A DNA stretch of 63,174 bases, the filler included, from Choristocarpus tenellus KU-1152 (lineage: Eukaryota > Protista > Phaeophyceae): the NCBI GenBank assembly GCA_964200185.2. It is 12 parts of 12 records of this genome, joined end to end, with 100 filler letters (N's around TTAATTAATTAA, not from the genome) between each part and the next. Parts side by side here need not be neighbours in the genome. Positions count along the whole stretch, not along the records: positions 48,506 to 55,797 come from CAXNAD020006390.1; positions 55,898 to 59,867 come from CAXNAD020016858.1; positions 59,968 to 63,174 come from CAXNAD020021544.1; 9 more parts are not named here. The stretch is one strand, 5' to 3'. Positions 50,926 through 62,790 of the stretch are shown here, piece by piece; within the stretch, counting starts at the first letter, position 1, and each line of letters opens with the position of its first letter. The notes below the pieces were generated by a model. It had not been told where the DNA came from, did not search any database, and saw only the letters and a list, made by a program, of their open reading frames with translations. The position numbers were made by a program, and so were the translations under genes.

Positions 50926-53900
50926 TTAGAAGATATAAGAAGCGTTACCCTCCTTGTCCGTCCGTGACATGTGAATAGTTGGCACTCCATCAACGAAGTT
51001 AGCACTCAGCACCTCGAAGTCTTCAGTGACTAAGACGACCTCATCTCCAGCACTGAACATCCCTCCGTAGCTGGAGTGGTGTCTGGACTTCGATTGAATC
51101 GTGTCCTTGCGGTGGACAGTGAACGGCAAGAACTCTATACCATTATACTTCGATGACTGTATCCGCACAATGCATATTTTCCCCTCGGGGAGCTGTCTCT
51201 TCTTCCTCGACAGCTGACTTCTCAGCTAAATATCACCCGCTACCGCTTCTGTGGAAAATCCGAGGTCTATCTCCTTAAGTCGGGGCACATGGGTTAGTTG
51301 CCACCTGTATTGGGTCAGGTTGCCGATGGAACAGTTTGTGCAGTTCTGTGTATATCAATGTACTGGAGTCTCCGTTGGTGAGCTAACTAGTGAACAACCT
51401 GTGCATGGACTTGATTCCACTGAGGTTTGGGACGCGTGGGTCGTGTCGTCCCGCACAGTCGATCTTGTAAGACGGAACGTGGACTATCTCCTGTGTGCAG
51501 AACGTGTCGATGTATAGAAGTTTCGTATACGTGTTGCTGTGCTGTCTGCCGTCCCCGTCCGTCCAATCATAAGGGTTGTGGTGACTGTGCGCATAAGGGG
51601 AGGGATGTTACGAGTTGGAGTCAATGTCGGCACTGAAGCAGTGTGTTGTGACCGATTCGATTTGTGGCATTTTGTTTGGAGTGATATATGCTACCTATTG
51701 CTGTAATGAGTGTTTGGTAATGACGGATGGCAGTATTTGATGAAACCCCAAACTTGGAGTTTTGTGTTAGTTTGCCGATTGGCAGACTTCTGGAAATAGA
51801 GGGCGATAATTGTAAGTGTGTATAGACTATCTGTGCAGTCATTTCATAAGTGCGTATGTGTTATCTTGACGCTGCCAGTCGTGTCGGTGTGAAGGGAGTG
51901 CCGGGTGTGACATAAGTCCGAACGGTATGTGTTGAGTGTTTGTTGCATATATGTTGGCAAGGGGTGTACTTGTTGGGGTTGTCGCCAGTGGCAAACAGAG
52001 GCCGAACTTTGTGAGAGGGGGGGGGGGTTGTCGTGTGGAGTGTGCCTACCGTTGTGACGATTGTCTGCCCGGGAGGAACCTTATGACTTTTGCAGTAGTG
52101 CCACTCTTCCTCTGGTGTCGGATCCCTCAAGGTATACTGAGTTTTGGTCGCTTTGATTGTATCCACTAGGGATAAGGTTCCTGGCATGCGCACCCCGTGT
52201 AGTTCCAGTCTCCTGGCAGCAGACTTCACCACAGCCCCGACTCCATCAGGCAAGGACTTACTGTGACAGGAGGCAAAGAAGTTGTGTACTAGGGGAATTC
52301 CCATGCGTGCTGAAGACTGAGAAACCCACCACATCTGCCATCTTTTCTTGAACTGGCTCCCGCAGCCATCGGACCAGATGTGGAGGACTTCTAGGGTCTG
52401 TCTGTATTCACTGGCTAGAGGTATTAGGTTGTCTTTCACAAACATCTCCTCGGCGTTCTGGACGAACTCATTGTCTTGACTTCGGTCTTCACTACACACT
52501 GTCATTCTGTGAGCCCAAACCCTTCCCTTCCCAAGATTTCCCTCTTCTCTGAGATCCCTCAACCACCAGACAATGGTCAGAAGCGCCGTAAGGAATAGAT
52601 TGAAGAACTCCTGTTGTGTCAAGTCTTGGTGGTTGTGTTGCAGGTGGGCGCTGAAGTCCATGGACATAGCGGCATGTCCTTTGGGTAGGCGGGATTTGCA
52701 GTGTTTGTATTGTTGCTCCTGCCAAATGGTGGTGTTGTGATGAAGGAAGAAGCTCTTGTTGAAGTTTGCAAATATGACCTTTAGGAGTGTAGGGAATCCC
52801 TCCATCCTTGGGAACAGCACCTGCATCAAATGGGGCCAGGTTGTCGTGTATCGAGCGTTAGAGCACTCCCTGGCTCTCCACGATCAGCTGCTTCCCGTTG
52901 AAGTGAGAAGTAGCGCGAACGAGCAGCTTTTGTATCGTGGCTCTCAACCGCTGGCCTTGGTGATCTCTTCTTCATCCACAACTTTCTTCTAGATGAAATC
53001 TATATCATCCACCCTGTTGCTGCTGGTGATGGGTCGTGGTAATACAGGCTTTGTTGTGGTGTAATCGATTATGAATGAAAGTATCTTAGAGGGTACGAGT
53101 TTTGCCCTTTTTTTCCATTTGGGGTTTGGCTTCCCGTGGGGTTTTTTATGACATTTTCCCACTCCAAAATGTTTCGGAGTAGGTAAAATGTATATGTTAT
53201 GAAAAGGTGTGTCCAGGACAAGGATATACTGACACTTATGTTCGGTGCTGTGGGAGGGAGCATCTGCGCGTTGTTTGACGAATACCCCGTGACATTCAAT
53301 GTACAGAGTAATTATTAGTCGAAGGAAACTGTTGCTCACCTTTCGACTCCAGCTGTGTTTGTCCGTAGACCCTGTGGCGTCTTCGTCATCGTTCTCCTCG
53401 GTTCTGTTCCTCCTGTAGTCGGGGGCGGACTCTCCCACCATTCACTTAGCGAGATAATCAAATCTTTCGTCATGAGATTGTCCGTCCTCAGCTCCGCATA
53501 TTTCGCCTTGATCATCTGGATCATGTCACCTTTGGTGGTCCTGCTTGGGGTGGAAATGCCAAGTCTAGATGACAGCGCCTGTGTGGCAGTGTAGACGGGC
53601 ATAGAAATTTAATGCAGCATTGGGGTGTGATCCGGATGTGAACATGGGGATATTGTTGATTAGTAGCGTAGGTTGCCATGTCGGTCCTGGACCCGGCGTG
53701 ATGGTGAAACCTGACAGTTTCGTCTTCCAAATCTAACTAGTTGGTGAGTGTTCCAATAAGGCACACCTTTATCTCCTGGCAAGTCTTTCGTTGCAGGTCC
53801 GCCTCCACCACTGGGGTGTATGCGTGGACAAACTCGTTCCATGTGACACGGGTGCTGTGAGAGTCCAACATACAAGGACACTTCCACATCGGATGAGATT

Positions 53901-54400
53901 TCCAGTCACACCTGTCACATGTACCGTCGACACATGAAATTTTGAAACTGCCCAAGGAACTGCCAGAGGACAGTTCGCTGAGGGGCTCCAGCACGGTCTT
54001 CTCGCATCTGTTTTGTTTTGATTAGTCCAAGAGCGGTTTTTGTTGCCAGTGTAGAGGTTTGAATAGCGGATCGAACGTCACTAGTGGAGTCCGGCTGTCG
54101 CTGCCACATATTTAGAGGACGTAGTGAAACGGTTTGAGGGCGCGTACGCTGGTGTGTACCTACAGTGGTTTCATTATTATGGATACCATTCCAGCTCGTT
54201 GCGATAACACATTCGCCACGTCATGGGTGTGGTTTGGCATAGAAACTTACAAGAGGAAGGCTATTAAATGCGCACCCCTTTCGAGCGCGGCCTCCACCTC
54301 TTCAGACCCGAATCCTTTGCCTTTGTCGCAGAATGTGCATGTGCATGCGTAAGTGCGTTGTCCATTGTCGCCAAAGAACGTCCTCGCATGTACTTTCTTC
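50926..54400 (-). mobile_element. Sola2-like DDD transposase gene, spliced and decayed
   Basis: Core 52829-52050: FFLHH..WQEQQY...MSMDFS, SEDRSQD..FV, LHIWSDGCGSQFK, HNFFASCHSKSLPDGVGAVVK. Upstream Cys motif CVDGTCDRC...CPC...VTWNEF (about 53800-53940). Phase-0 intron 52049-51491, then EIVHV...SGIKSMH...EL/CTNC..G and YGGMFSAGDEVV. Internal stops and frameshifts are present. Confidence 0.8.
53073..53235 (+). mobile_element. Short MITE A copy inside the transposase gene, flanked by TTAT
   Basis: TTAT|GAATGAAAGTATCTTAGAGGGTAC...GATATACTGACAC|TTAT. Confidence 0.85.
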
Positions 54401-54579
54401 CAGTTCTCTCTTAGGCAATGATCCTGGAGGTCGGTTGATCATGTGGTGAACGAAAACGCACGATCTGTGTTGCGTGGAAGAGTGGAGGAAGGGATACGGT
54501 GGGTTAGTACCCGTTGTGTGTGGACACGGATGATGCAGTATGGGACTGGGTACCCTGTGGCGGTTAGGAAACATAGACT

Positions 54580-55612
54580 TACCCGAGACGGTGAAGGGAG
54601 TGTAGGATATGTCTCATCCTTGAGTTCACAGCACTTACCTCAGGCAGGTGCTGACCCAACGGAGTTAAAGTATCTTAGAGGGTACGAGTTTTGACCTGTT
54701 TGTCCATTTGGGACTTGACTCCGCATGGGTTTTTAAATGACATTCTCATACTCCAAAATGTTTTGGAGTAGGTAAAATGTTTATGTTATGAAAAGGTGTG
54801 TCCAGAACAAGGATACTGACACTTCCTAACAAACACGATAGCCAAAAATTACATCAAAACCGCAACATTGGATTTTGGCCCCAAAATGGACGCGGATCTA
54901 CACTCTAATATACTTTGGCTCAACGGCTGCCCATACTGCAGCTCGCCAGCTGGAAGACTTTCTTCCCAATCCAGTCCGTGAACCTTGCGTTGAGTTGGGT
55001 TGGACTAGGCAGGAAACTCGTGCCAGAGTTGAAGGGAGTGCAGGTGTTGGTAATATGATGTCTCTCATTGCTAGTTTAGAGAGGAAACATGTTGCGTATG
55101 CCCGATCTGCACAGCCCATGCCCGAGTCTGCGTTGATGAGTACCCCCCTTCATGGTCGTCTTGTTTCTGAGTTGGGACCAGCCCCACAGACTTATGCTGA
55201 GGCTCGAGAGTCTGAATACTGGCCAGTATGGGAAGAGGCTATTTCTAAGGAGTTCAATGGTTGTTGGCACAGGTACCTTCAGTGTTGCAGATGTACCCTC
55301 GGGCCGCAAGGCTATTGATTCCAAGTGAGTGTTTAATGGAAATGTGACTGTTTTGGGATGTTCAGTGGGGCTAAGGCTAGGCGAGTTGCACAAGATTTTG
55401 GCCAGGAGTATGGCGTTGATGACTTTGAAGCCTCTGCCCCTACACCTTTCGCCTCATCATCCGCCTCATCAGTTAGGCTAATGGCCAGTGTGGCCTGTGA
55501 GTTGGACCTGAGGATGTGGAACCTAGATGTAGAGCAGGCCTTTGCTCAGTCTGACCTGGATAAGGAAGCGTACATGCGCCTCCGACAGGGATGTGTGGAG
55601 GTCTCTACTATA
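54580..55612 (+). mobile_element. Ty1/copia pol fragment (RT start), decayed
   Basis: PQTYAEARESEYWPVWEEAISKEF, AKARRVAQDFGQEYGVDDFEASAPTP, SVRLM, LDVEQAF, YMRL.QG. Confidence 0.9.
54662..54921 (+). mobile_element. MITE family A, full length, TSD AACG
   Basis: AACG|GAGTTAAAGTATCTTAGAGGGTA...CTCTAATATACTTTGGCTC|AACG. Removing it restores the copia frame ADPT-AAHT. Confidence 0.93.
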
Positions 55613-55786
55613 GGCTCGAAGTATCTGGGGGGGGACCAGGGCTTCCATTTGAGCCATTTTTTTCATGTGGTGATTTTGGGGGGATTTGATTGCATACATC
55701 GGATGGATAATGTAAGTGCACTTTTCCTGGTTATGACCCAAATGGACACCCTGGTGTAGACCCCACCCCCCCAGATACTTTGGGTC
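55613..55786 (+). mobile_element. MITE family B copy interrupting the copia RT
   Basis: GGCTCGAAGTATCTGGGG...CCAGATACTTTGGGTC. Confidence 0.87.
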
Positions 55787-55897
55787 ATATGACCATANNN
55801 NNNNNNNNNNNNNNNNNNNNNNNNNNNNNNNNNNNNNNNNNTTAATTAATTAANNNNNNNNNNNNNNNNNNNNNNNNNNNNNNNNNNNNNNNNNNNN

Positions 55898-55991
55898 ATC
55901 CGACGTATCCAACCAAATCACCCAAAAATCGCGACATGAAGAAATTGATCCCAAATGGACAGCCACCACCCCTTCCCAGATACTTTGAGCC
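55898..55991 (-). mobile_element. MITE family B end abutting the gypsy RNase H
   Basis: AAAATCGCGACATG...CCAAATGGACAGCC...CCAGATACTTTGAGCC. Confidence 0.8.
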
Positions 55992-58300
55992 AATTATATC
56001 TAAATGGTCTTCGTTTTTATGTGCTAAAAACGACCCTGTCCCAACATTACTGGCATCTACATGAATAAAAAATTCCTTAGAAAAATCAGGAAAGTGTAGC
56101 ACTGGAACCGTTGATACTAGTCATTTGCATTCGTCAAAAGCAGTCTGTTGTGGTCGATTCCATCTAGATGAGATATCTTTGTGGTCTTTCTTTGCTCGTT
56201 CTACTGAGGTGAACTCTTTGTGTGACTTTACGTTTTGCGTATGGCGAATCAATTCAACCAACGGTTCTGTTGCTGTTGCTAGGTGGGCAATGTACTTCCT
56301 AACAAAGTTCATTGAACCTAAAAACGATCGCAAGCCTTTCACAGTTTGAGGAGGATGCATCTCTAATATAGCTTCTATACGAGCTTGGGATACAACAATT
56401 CCTTGTGGGCTAACATCATGTCCCAAGTAATGGATTTGTTTTGAGCCAAATTGAGCCTTGGACGGCTTTAACGTAACCCCTACATCTTGTAACAGTGATA
56501 AAACTGTAGTGATCAACTGTTTATGGTGTGTCCATGATGGAGAGGTTAAAACAATATCGTCTAAATATATCAACAACCCTGAGCTAGGACCGATACTGGA
56601 AAAGGTTTCAGACATAAAGCGTTGGAAGATCCATGGTACATTTTGTACTCCAAATGGTAACCTCTGAAGCTCATATTTCCCGTCCGGCGTGATGAAGGCA
56701 GTTTTCTGTCGTTCACATTCATCAGTTATCGGTAGTTGCCAGTAGGCTAATTGAATATTTTGAACCCCCCCCCCAACGTGGATAAGCACTCATCCATGGA
56801 TGGCAACGGCCATGAATTACGTATCAGATGTTTATTTATGGTTCCTCTAAAATCCACACAGAATCGAGGTGATCCATCTGGTTTGGCAACAATGGTAACA
56901 AGGGATACCCATGGGCTAGATGAGGGTTTTATAATACCCTGATTCTCCATATCAGTTAAGAATTGTCGAATAGTGTCGCGAATGTTTGGTGCCGCGCGAT
57001 ATGGTGGTCTACTAACCGGTTTAGTGCCTGGTTCTAGTGGAAAATTAACAGAAGTAGTGGTACAGCAACCTAATTCTTTTTCGGACAATGAAAAGACTGG
57101 TCTGAATTTAGCCACTATATCTAGTAGTAGTTCCTCTTGCTCAGACAGTGTCAGTTGAGTATTTGTAAAAGCCTTCTTAGAAAAAAACAACTTCAATTCC
57201 TCCCTAGCCTGTTTCAGTTCTTCAGGGGTAGATGGTGTGGCTGCAATTGCACTTACTGTGGTGTCTGACAAGGTATATGTTTTTGATAGAGGGGAAACAT
57301 GACCAACTACAAACTCAGCTGGTAACTCGATCCCTTTTTGTGACAAATTGGCAATTTTGATTAGACATCCTCCATCTTCTTCCCAAACAATGAGGGTACG
57401 ACTGACCATTATGCATTGCCAGTGAGGATGTATGTCGTCCTCATGCTGGAGGTCTGTGCCAGTGTAAATGATAGGTTCCACTACTGCGTCGGTAGCTGTT
57501 CCTCGAAGTGCCTGAGAACAAACTGGAACAAGCGTTTCCGTGCCAGGGGGAAGGAATATTTTTTTTACTGTATGTACTGGTTGGTGTATTGAATTCAAAT
57601 GTGCATTTTCAGTCTGGCAAAATCTTTTGGGGGGGAACAGATGGGAAGGGGTACGAGTTTTTGTTTTGCTGGAGTGCATTGATCACTGTCTTTAAATGAC
57701 ATCTCCTCTCTATCCCAATCTAGCACTGCCCCAAATGCCGACATAATGCTGTTATCCAACAAAATTTTATCTAACTCCCAGATTAGGTAGGAACACTGCT
57801 TGGACAGGCATTGATATGTCACCAAGTTGTAGTGTAAATTGAATGAAGAGTCAAAGTATCTTAGAGGGTTGAGCCGCGTCCGTTTGGGGATCAAAATCCA
57901 ATGTTGCAATTTTGACGTAATTTTGGTTATTGTGTTTGTTAGGAAGTGTCAGTATCCTTGTTCCGTATACACCTTTTCGTAACATACACATTTTTCCTAC
58001 TCCGAAACATTTCAGAATAGGTAAAATGTCCTAAAACACCCGTGAGAAACCAAGCCTCAAATGGACAAACAGGGCAAAAATCGTACCCTCTAAGATACAT
58101 TCGCTCTGAAATCAGTTACAGAGAGAGGTCTACCACCTGCTCCTTTTGAATTCAGAGCGCCTGCTGGAATCTCCCGAATGGGTGCCTTGCAAAGTGTTGG
58201 GTGGGCTTCAATGTATCTGAGAGATATTAGTGGAATGTCAGTAGCAGTATCAACAGTAATCTCATTAGAGGTTCATTTTCAATATACCCAGGAAATCTTA
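55992..58300 (-). mobile_element. Ty3/gypsy pol (protease-RT-RNase H), decayed
   Basis: VDTATDI protease motif (about 58250), PVSRPPYR, SSPWVS.VTIVAKPDGSPRFCVDFR, KTAFITPDG.Y...RLPFG, IYLDDI, YLGH, LRSFLG, LHFPDFSKEFFIHVDAS. Confidence 0.95.
57848..58106 (-). mobile_element. MITE family A, full length, TSD TGAA, in the gypsy protease region
   Basis: TGAA|GAGTCAAAGTATCTTAGAGGGT...TACCCTCTAAGATACATTCGCTC|TGAA. Confidence 0.93.
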
Positions 58301-59045
58301 CGCGGTGAGATGAAACATTGAGCATGCGAGAGGAGCTAGAATAGTGTTGGATTGCTGATGTGTGCCAACAATATAACAAAGTGGAACAACACATTTGAGA
58401 TGTAACAGACATGTCACCCACGTCCAAAATTGGTTGCGGGGAAAAAGAAAGAGCAGATGCAACAGTTGTTACATGTCCTGCTTGTGGCAACTTTTGGTGT
58501 GCTGACCTTGAATGTTTATCGTGTTGTGTCTTATTTGCTCTCTCTACTACATCTGAGGCTGCCCTACACAACAAGTCCCTAGTTTCTTCTTGAACTCTTA
58601 TCCCTACAGTTTCCTGGGAACCAGATTCTGCAAGGCACCCCTATTTCTGCCCGATCCTATTTCGTTTCTCCCCGGGTTCAGGGTGGTCTTGAGAGTCCTT
58701 TGAAGTCGACTGCATCTGCTGTGAAGACTCTGTTAAACGTGCTGTGATGGCTGTGCAATATAGACTAGTAGTCTATATGGTTTATAGTGTAAAAGTGAGT
58801 GAAGTAATGTAAGTTGAACTTATAAGCGACTGACGTAGTGTAACTTGAACTTATAAGTGACTGACGTAGTGTAACTGTCACAAACATGTTAAAACATATT
58901 TCTGACGTGTTTGATGACGAATGAATTAGATAACAAGGGAGAGCACCACCCCCCACCTTGAGGATAGTGCTCACTCCGCTATTAAACAAATAAATCCGTA
59001 CCACGTAAAGCAAAATACTCTGTCAGAGTAGCTCTCTTTTGCATA

Positions 59046-59633
59046 GGTTATAAGCCTCATTGGTATGTAAGCGGACCCCCGTAAGCTGGCACTATGGAGT
59101 GGAGCGCGGGGGCATTTTTGGAGAAGTGTGCAGAATGGCGGATGGCGCTGGTGAGCTATGCGGGCGACAAGAGACTGTACTGCATCCTACAACCAGCATA
59201 CCGCATTCCTGCACCTCCCACAGCTGATACATCATTCAAGGAACGCTGCGCATATGATGAATACGTCAGGCATCGCGAAGCCTTGTGGTTCCTGCTGGGA
59301 CAGGCCACGAGGGGTGCTGCAGCTATGGTGGTCAGCTTGTATGGCCAACACGTACGAGAGGAGGCAGCCCCGACAGGAGGCAGCCCCGACAAGAGGGCAG
59401 CCTGTCTCGAATTAGAGCAGATCTATGGTGGGCGCACTACTGTTCAGTGGCCCATGCAGCTCATAGCTCCAGAGATGAAATTGTGCGATATGTACTGCTC
59501 GTCAGTAGAGGACACTGCAGATTTCGTCATTGGTCTCGGTCATATCTGGACAAGAGTACGAGCAGCTGGAGGCAGCCAATATCATGCCAAGAAAGGAGCT
59601 CTGATCATTAGCATCAGGGACAGCATGCTGTAG
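59046..59633 (+). mobile_element. Ty1/copia gag fragment with a PBS-like motif
   Basis: GGTTATAAGCC at about 59046 resembles the copia GGTTATGGGCC primer site. ORF 59094-59633 has LWFLLGQATRGAAAMVV...DKRAACLELEQIY, a gag/UBN2-like pattern. Confidence 0.6.
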
Positions 59634-59824
59634 GTATTTGCAGATGTGTCCGTGTGGAGGACGAGAGATCCCCATGCAGCTCGATAAGATAGGAGCTCTG
59701 ATCATTGGCATCAGGGACAGCATGCTGTAGGTATTTACGCAGATACGTCCACGAGGAGGACGAGAGATCCTCATGCAGCTCAACAAATGAGGAGTTCTGA
59801 TCATAGACATCAGGGACAGCATGC
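59595..59824. repeat. About 97-bp tandem repeat (about 2.4 copies), followed by a MITE A end at 59825-59867
   Basis: GGAGCTCTGATCATT.GCATCAGGGACAGCATGC recurs at about 59595, 59692 and 59791. Confidence 0.85.
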
Positions 59825-60094
59825 GAATGAAACTATCTTAGAGGGTAGAGCCGCGTCCTTTTGGGGANNNNNNNNNNNNNNNNNNNNNNNNNNNNNNNNN
59901 NNNNNNNNNNNTTAATTAATTAANNNNNNNNNNNNNNNNNNNNNNNNNNNNNNNNNNNNNNNNNNNNAAGGGTAAATCCATGAAATTTTTTCTTTTCTTT
60001 TATTTAAAAAAGAAAAAAGAATAAAAAACAACATTTGCCCTTCAAGGCCCCCCCCCCCCCCCCCATGTGTATTTGTCTTTCATTTTTTTTCTAG

Positions 60095-62282
60095 GTACAA
60101 CAAAGCACGCAGGCGATCCTTCAACATGCACTCCTGAGACAGGGTCAACTTAGCAGGGATCTCTCTGACAAGGTGTGTGACCCAACCCTAACCCTATCCC
60201 TATCCCTATCCCTATCCCTAAGAAAAATGCAATGTACCTTGTGGCCATGGGGGCAACTCTATAACGATTGTGTTTAATAAGAAAAAAAATGAAACCATGA
60301 AGGCATGGATTCATGACAAAAAGGTTTCTTTTTTTCAGCAAAAAAAAAAAAATGTTCTTAATTATCGAGTATTGTTTCAGAAATCAAAAAATCGTCAGGG
60401 GAGGGGGTTCCACGAGTTGGTGGATGTAGGGTTAGGGTTCGACTGTGGTAAAAATGTGGATGTTAAGAATAATAGTTGCCTCTTTATTAAAAAATAAAAT
60501 AAAATAAAAATATATATTTAATGCCTACCGTTTCTTTAAAAAAAAAATCAATGTTTTTTGCAAGTACTTGAGAACAGGAAGGTTATGTTGCCTGGTGGTG
60601 GAAGCAGAATCGATCTGTTCATTAAAAAAAAAATCAGATCAAATGGAAAGTGTTTTTTATTTTTTATTTTATTTTTTATTTTATTTTATTTTTATCTCGT
60701 TAAGTCTATTTTATTATAATACTACTATAATTCAATTTGAATTGTATCGTTTCATTATTTATCATCTCATAAAATCTATTTTATTCTAAATCTACTGTCA
60801 TTCAATTTGAATGATATTATATTTCATTATCTATCATCTCATGTAACCTATTTTATTCTCTAATTGCTACCCTTCAGTGTAAGTGAACACTCTCCTACTT
60901 GTTTGTCCATTGGACTCCTGTGTGGTAATTCAAATGCTGTTGTCCATTGTTATATTTTGAACTGTTTTGGAACTCCTTGCAGCAATAACTTGACTACAAC
61001 TTTGTATTGTATAGTATTGATACTAGCCTCTTGTATGGTGTGTGCTGGAGCTATGACAGCATTATTCTGTAGCTGTCACAATATCATGCTTGACCTGTGA
61101 CAGCATCGCTCTGTAGCTGTCACAACATAGTGCTGGAGCTGTTGCAATATTGTGCTGTAGTGGCCATGAAAATATCCTGTTGCACCTGTCATTTATGCAC
61201 TTGTGGAAGAAACATCACCCCTCAATTGTCATTTTTGATTAATTTCAATTTATTAATTTGTCATCTTTGATTAATTTGTTGTCGTGATTCAATTGCTATG
61301 ATTCACAATAATATTTCACACATATATAAGAATTGCGATGGATTACTCTTAGCATACTGTATGCCTACATCCTTTTCTTTTTATTGAGTGGATATTCTTT
61401 TTCTTTTATTGAGAGAATATTCTCTTCCTTTTCCTGAGAGAATATACTTTTCCTTTTTATTGAGGAAATGTTCTCTTACTTTTCTTGAGAGGACACAGCC
61501 AACACGTGCACCTCTCCAATGAACCATACCTTCACCCGGTGACATCAGCCTGACATCCCGAACATTCTACCTCAGAATCCTGACCAATGAAATCCTTTCT
61601 ACCTCAGAATCTTGACCAATGAAATCCTTTCACACGCAGGTCCTAGACGGGGGGGTTGATCTGTGTTGTTTGATCTATCTGCGTATGATAGAACTTGACG
61701 TCCTTCTCCGATTCAAAACCCAAAGCATTGATATCTCAACCCTAACCCTAACCCTTCAACTCCTCCACCGTACTCTCTTGAATGATTTTGTGTTGTTATC
61801 ATTCTCACTTCATTGACATGATTGTCATTTTGTTGATATCATTCTCAGTGTATTGATATCATTCTCACTTTATTGATATCATTGTCACTTTATTGATATC
61901 ATTGTCATTTTATTGATATCATTCTCATTTTACGACCCCCCTTTTTTTAGAGATGGTGTACCCAATTCCATACAGAATGTGGGGGGCAACACTTCTAGAT
62001 TATTCATTAAATAAAAAAACTGGGTTAGGGCATTTTTTTTTTTAGTTTGTAGAAGCAAATCAGTGTATCGAGGCCCATTGAAGGAGAAGACATGTGATAA
62101 GGTTTCCTTCTTGCTGCGAAGGCGTCCATCCAGTCCAAGAATGTGTTCTTTTTTTAAAGAAAAAATGCAGTCTGTGTGTACCTAATTGAACCCAACCCTA
62201 TTGTTAATGTTGTGTAGATTCATTTAATGTGGTGTGCAAACGCACGAGGAGATATGTCTAATACCTTATCCCTTATCCCTTA

Positions 62283-62321
<39 letters not shown>

Positions 62322-62447
62322 TTTAGTTGATTCAGATGGGACTACCATATCATGTCCTTAGTTCAATGGGCAATGCAACAGCAGGAAATTCAATGCAACA
62401 GGCACCCACTTTGCCCAACTTGGGGAAATTGGATGGAGGAGGGTCAG
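60095..62447 (+). CDS. Possible internal exons of an unknown gene
   Basis: Exon 60095-60172 (polyT-ctag|VQQSTQAILQHALLRQGQLSRDLSDK|gtgtgt) and exon about 62336-62447 (MGLPYHVLSSMGNA...DGGGS|gtgtgt). Confidence 0.4.
61795..61932. repeat. 20-bp minisatellite, about 7 copies
   Basis: TTGATATCATTCTCACTTTA units. Confidence 0.85.
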
Positions 62448-62504
62448 GTGTGTTGCCCTGCTTTGTATTTGGTAGAATGAACTACTATTAATGGAACTGG
62501 TGGG

Positions 62505-62790
62505 GGAAATGGGAGGGAGGACAAGGAGGAGGATCTGGTATTTGATGTTGTTTTTACTAGTTAGTTGAGTACTACTAGTAAGGCAACAAGTGCGAAAAAG
62601 AAATGAAAATAAACACTTCGAATAAATGGGAGGGAGGACAAGGAGGATCTGGTATTTGTTATTGTCTTTACTAGTTAGTTGAGTATTACTAGCAAGGCAA
62701 CAAGTGTGAAAAAGAAATGAAAATAACACTTTGAATACATGGGAGGGAGGACAAGGAGGAGGATCTAGTATTTGCGATTTTTGTTTGTTT
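62505..62790. repeat. About 115-bp tandem repeat (about 2.5 copies)
   Basis: GGGAGGGAGGACAAGGAGGA(GGA)TCTGGTATTTG at about 62511, 62628 and 62741. Confidence 0.85.
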
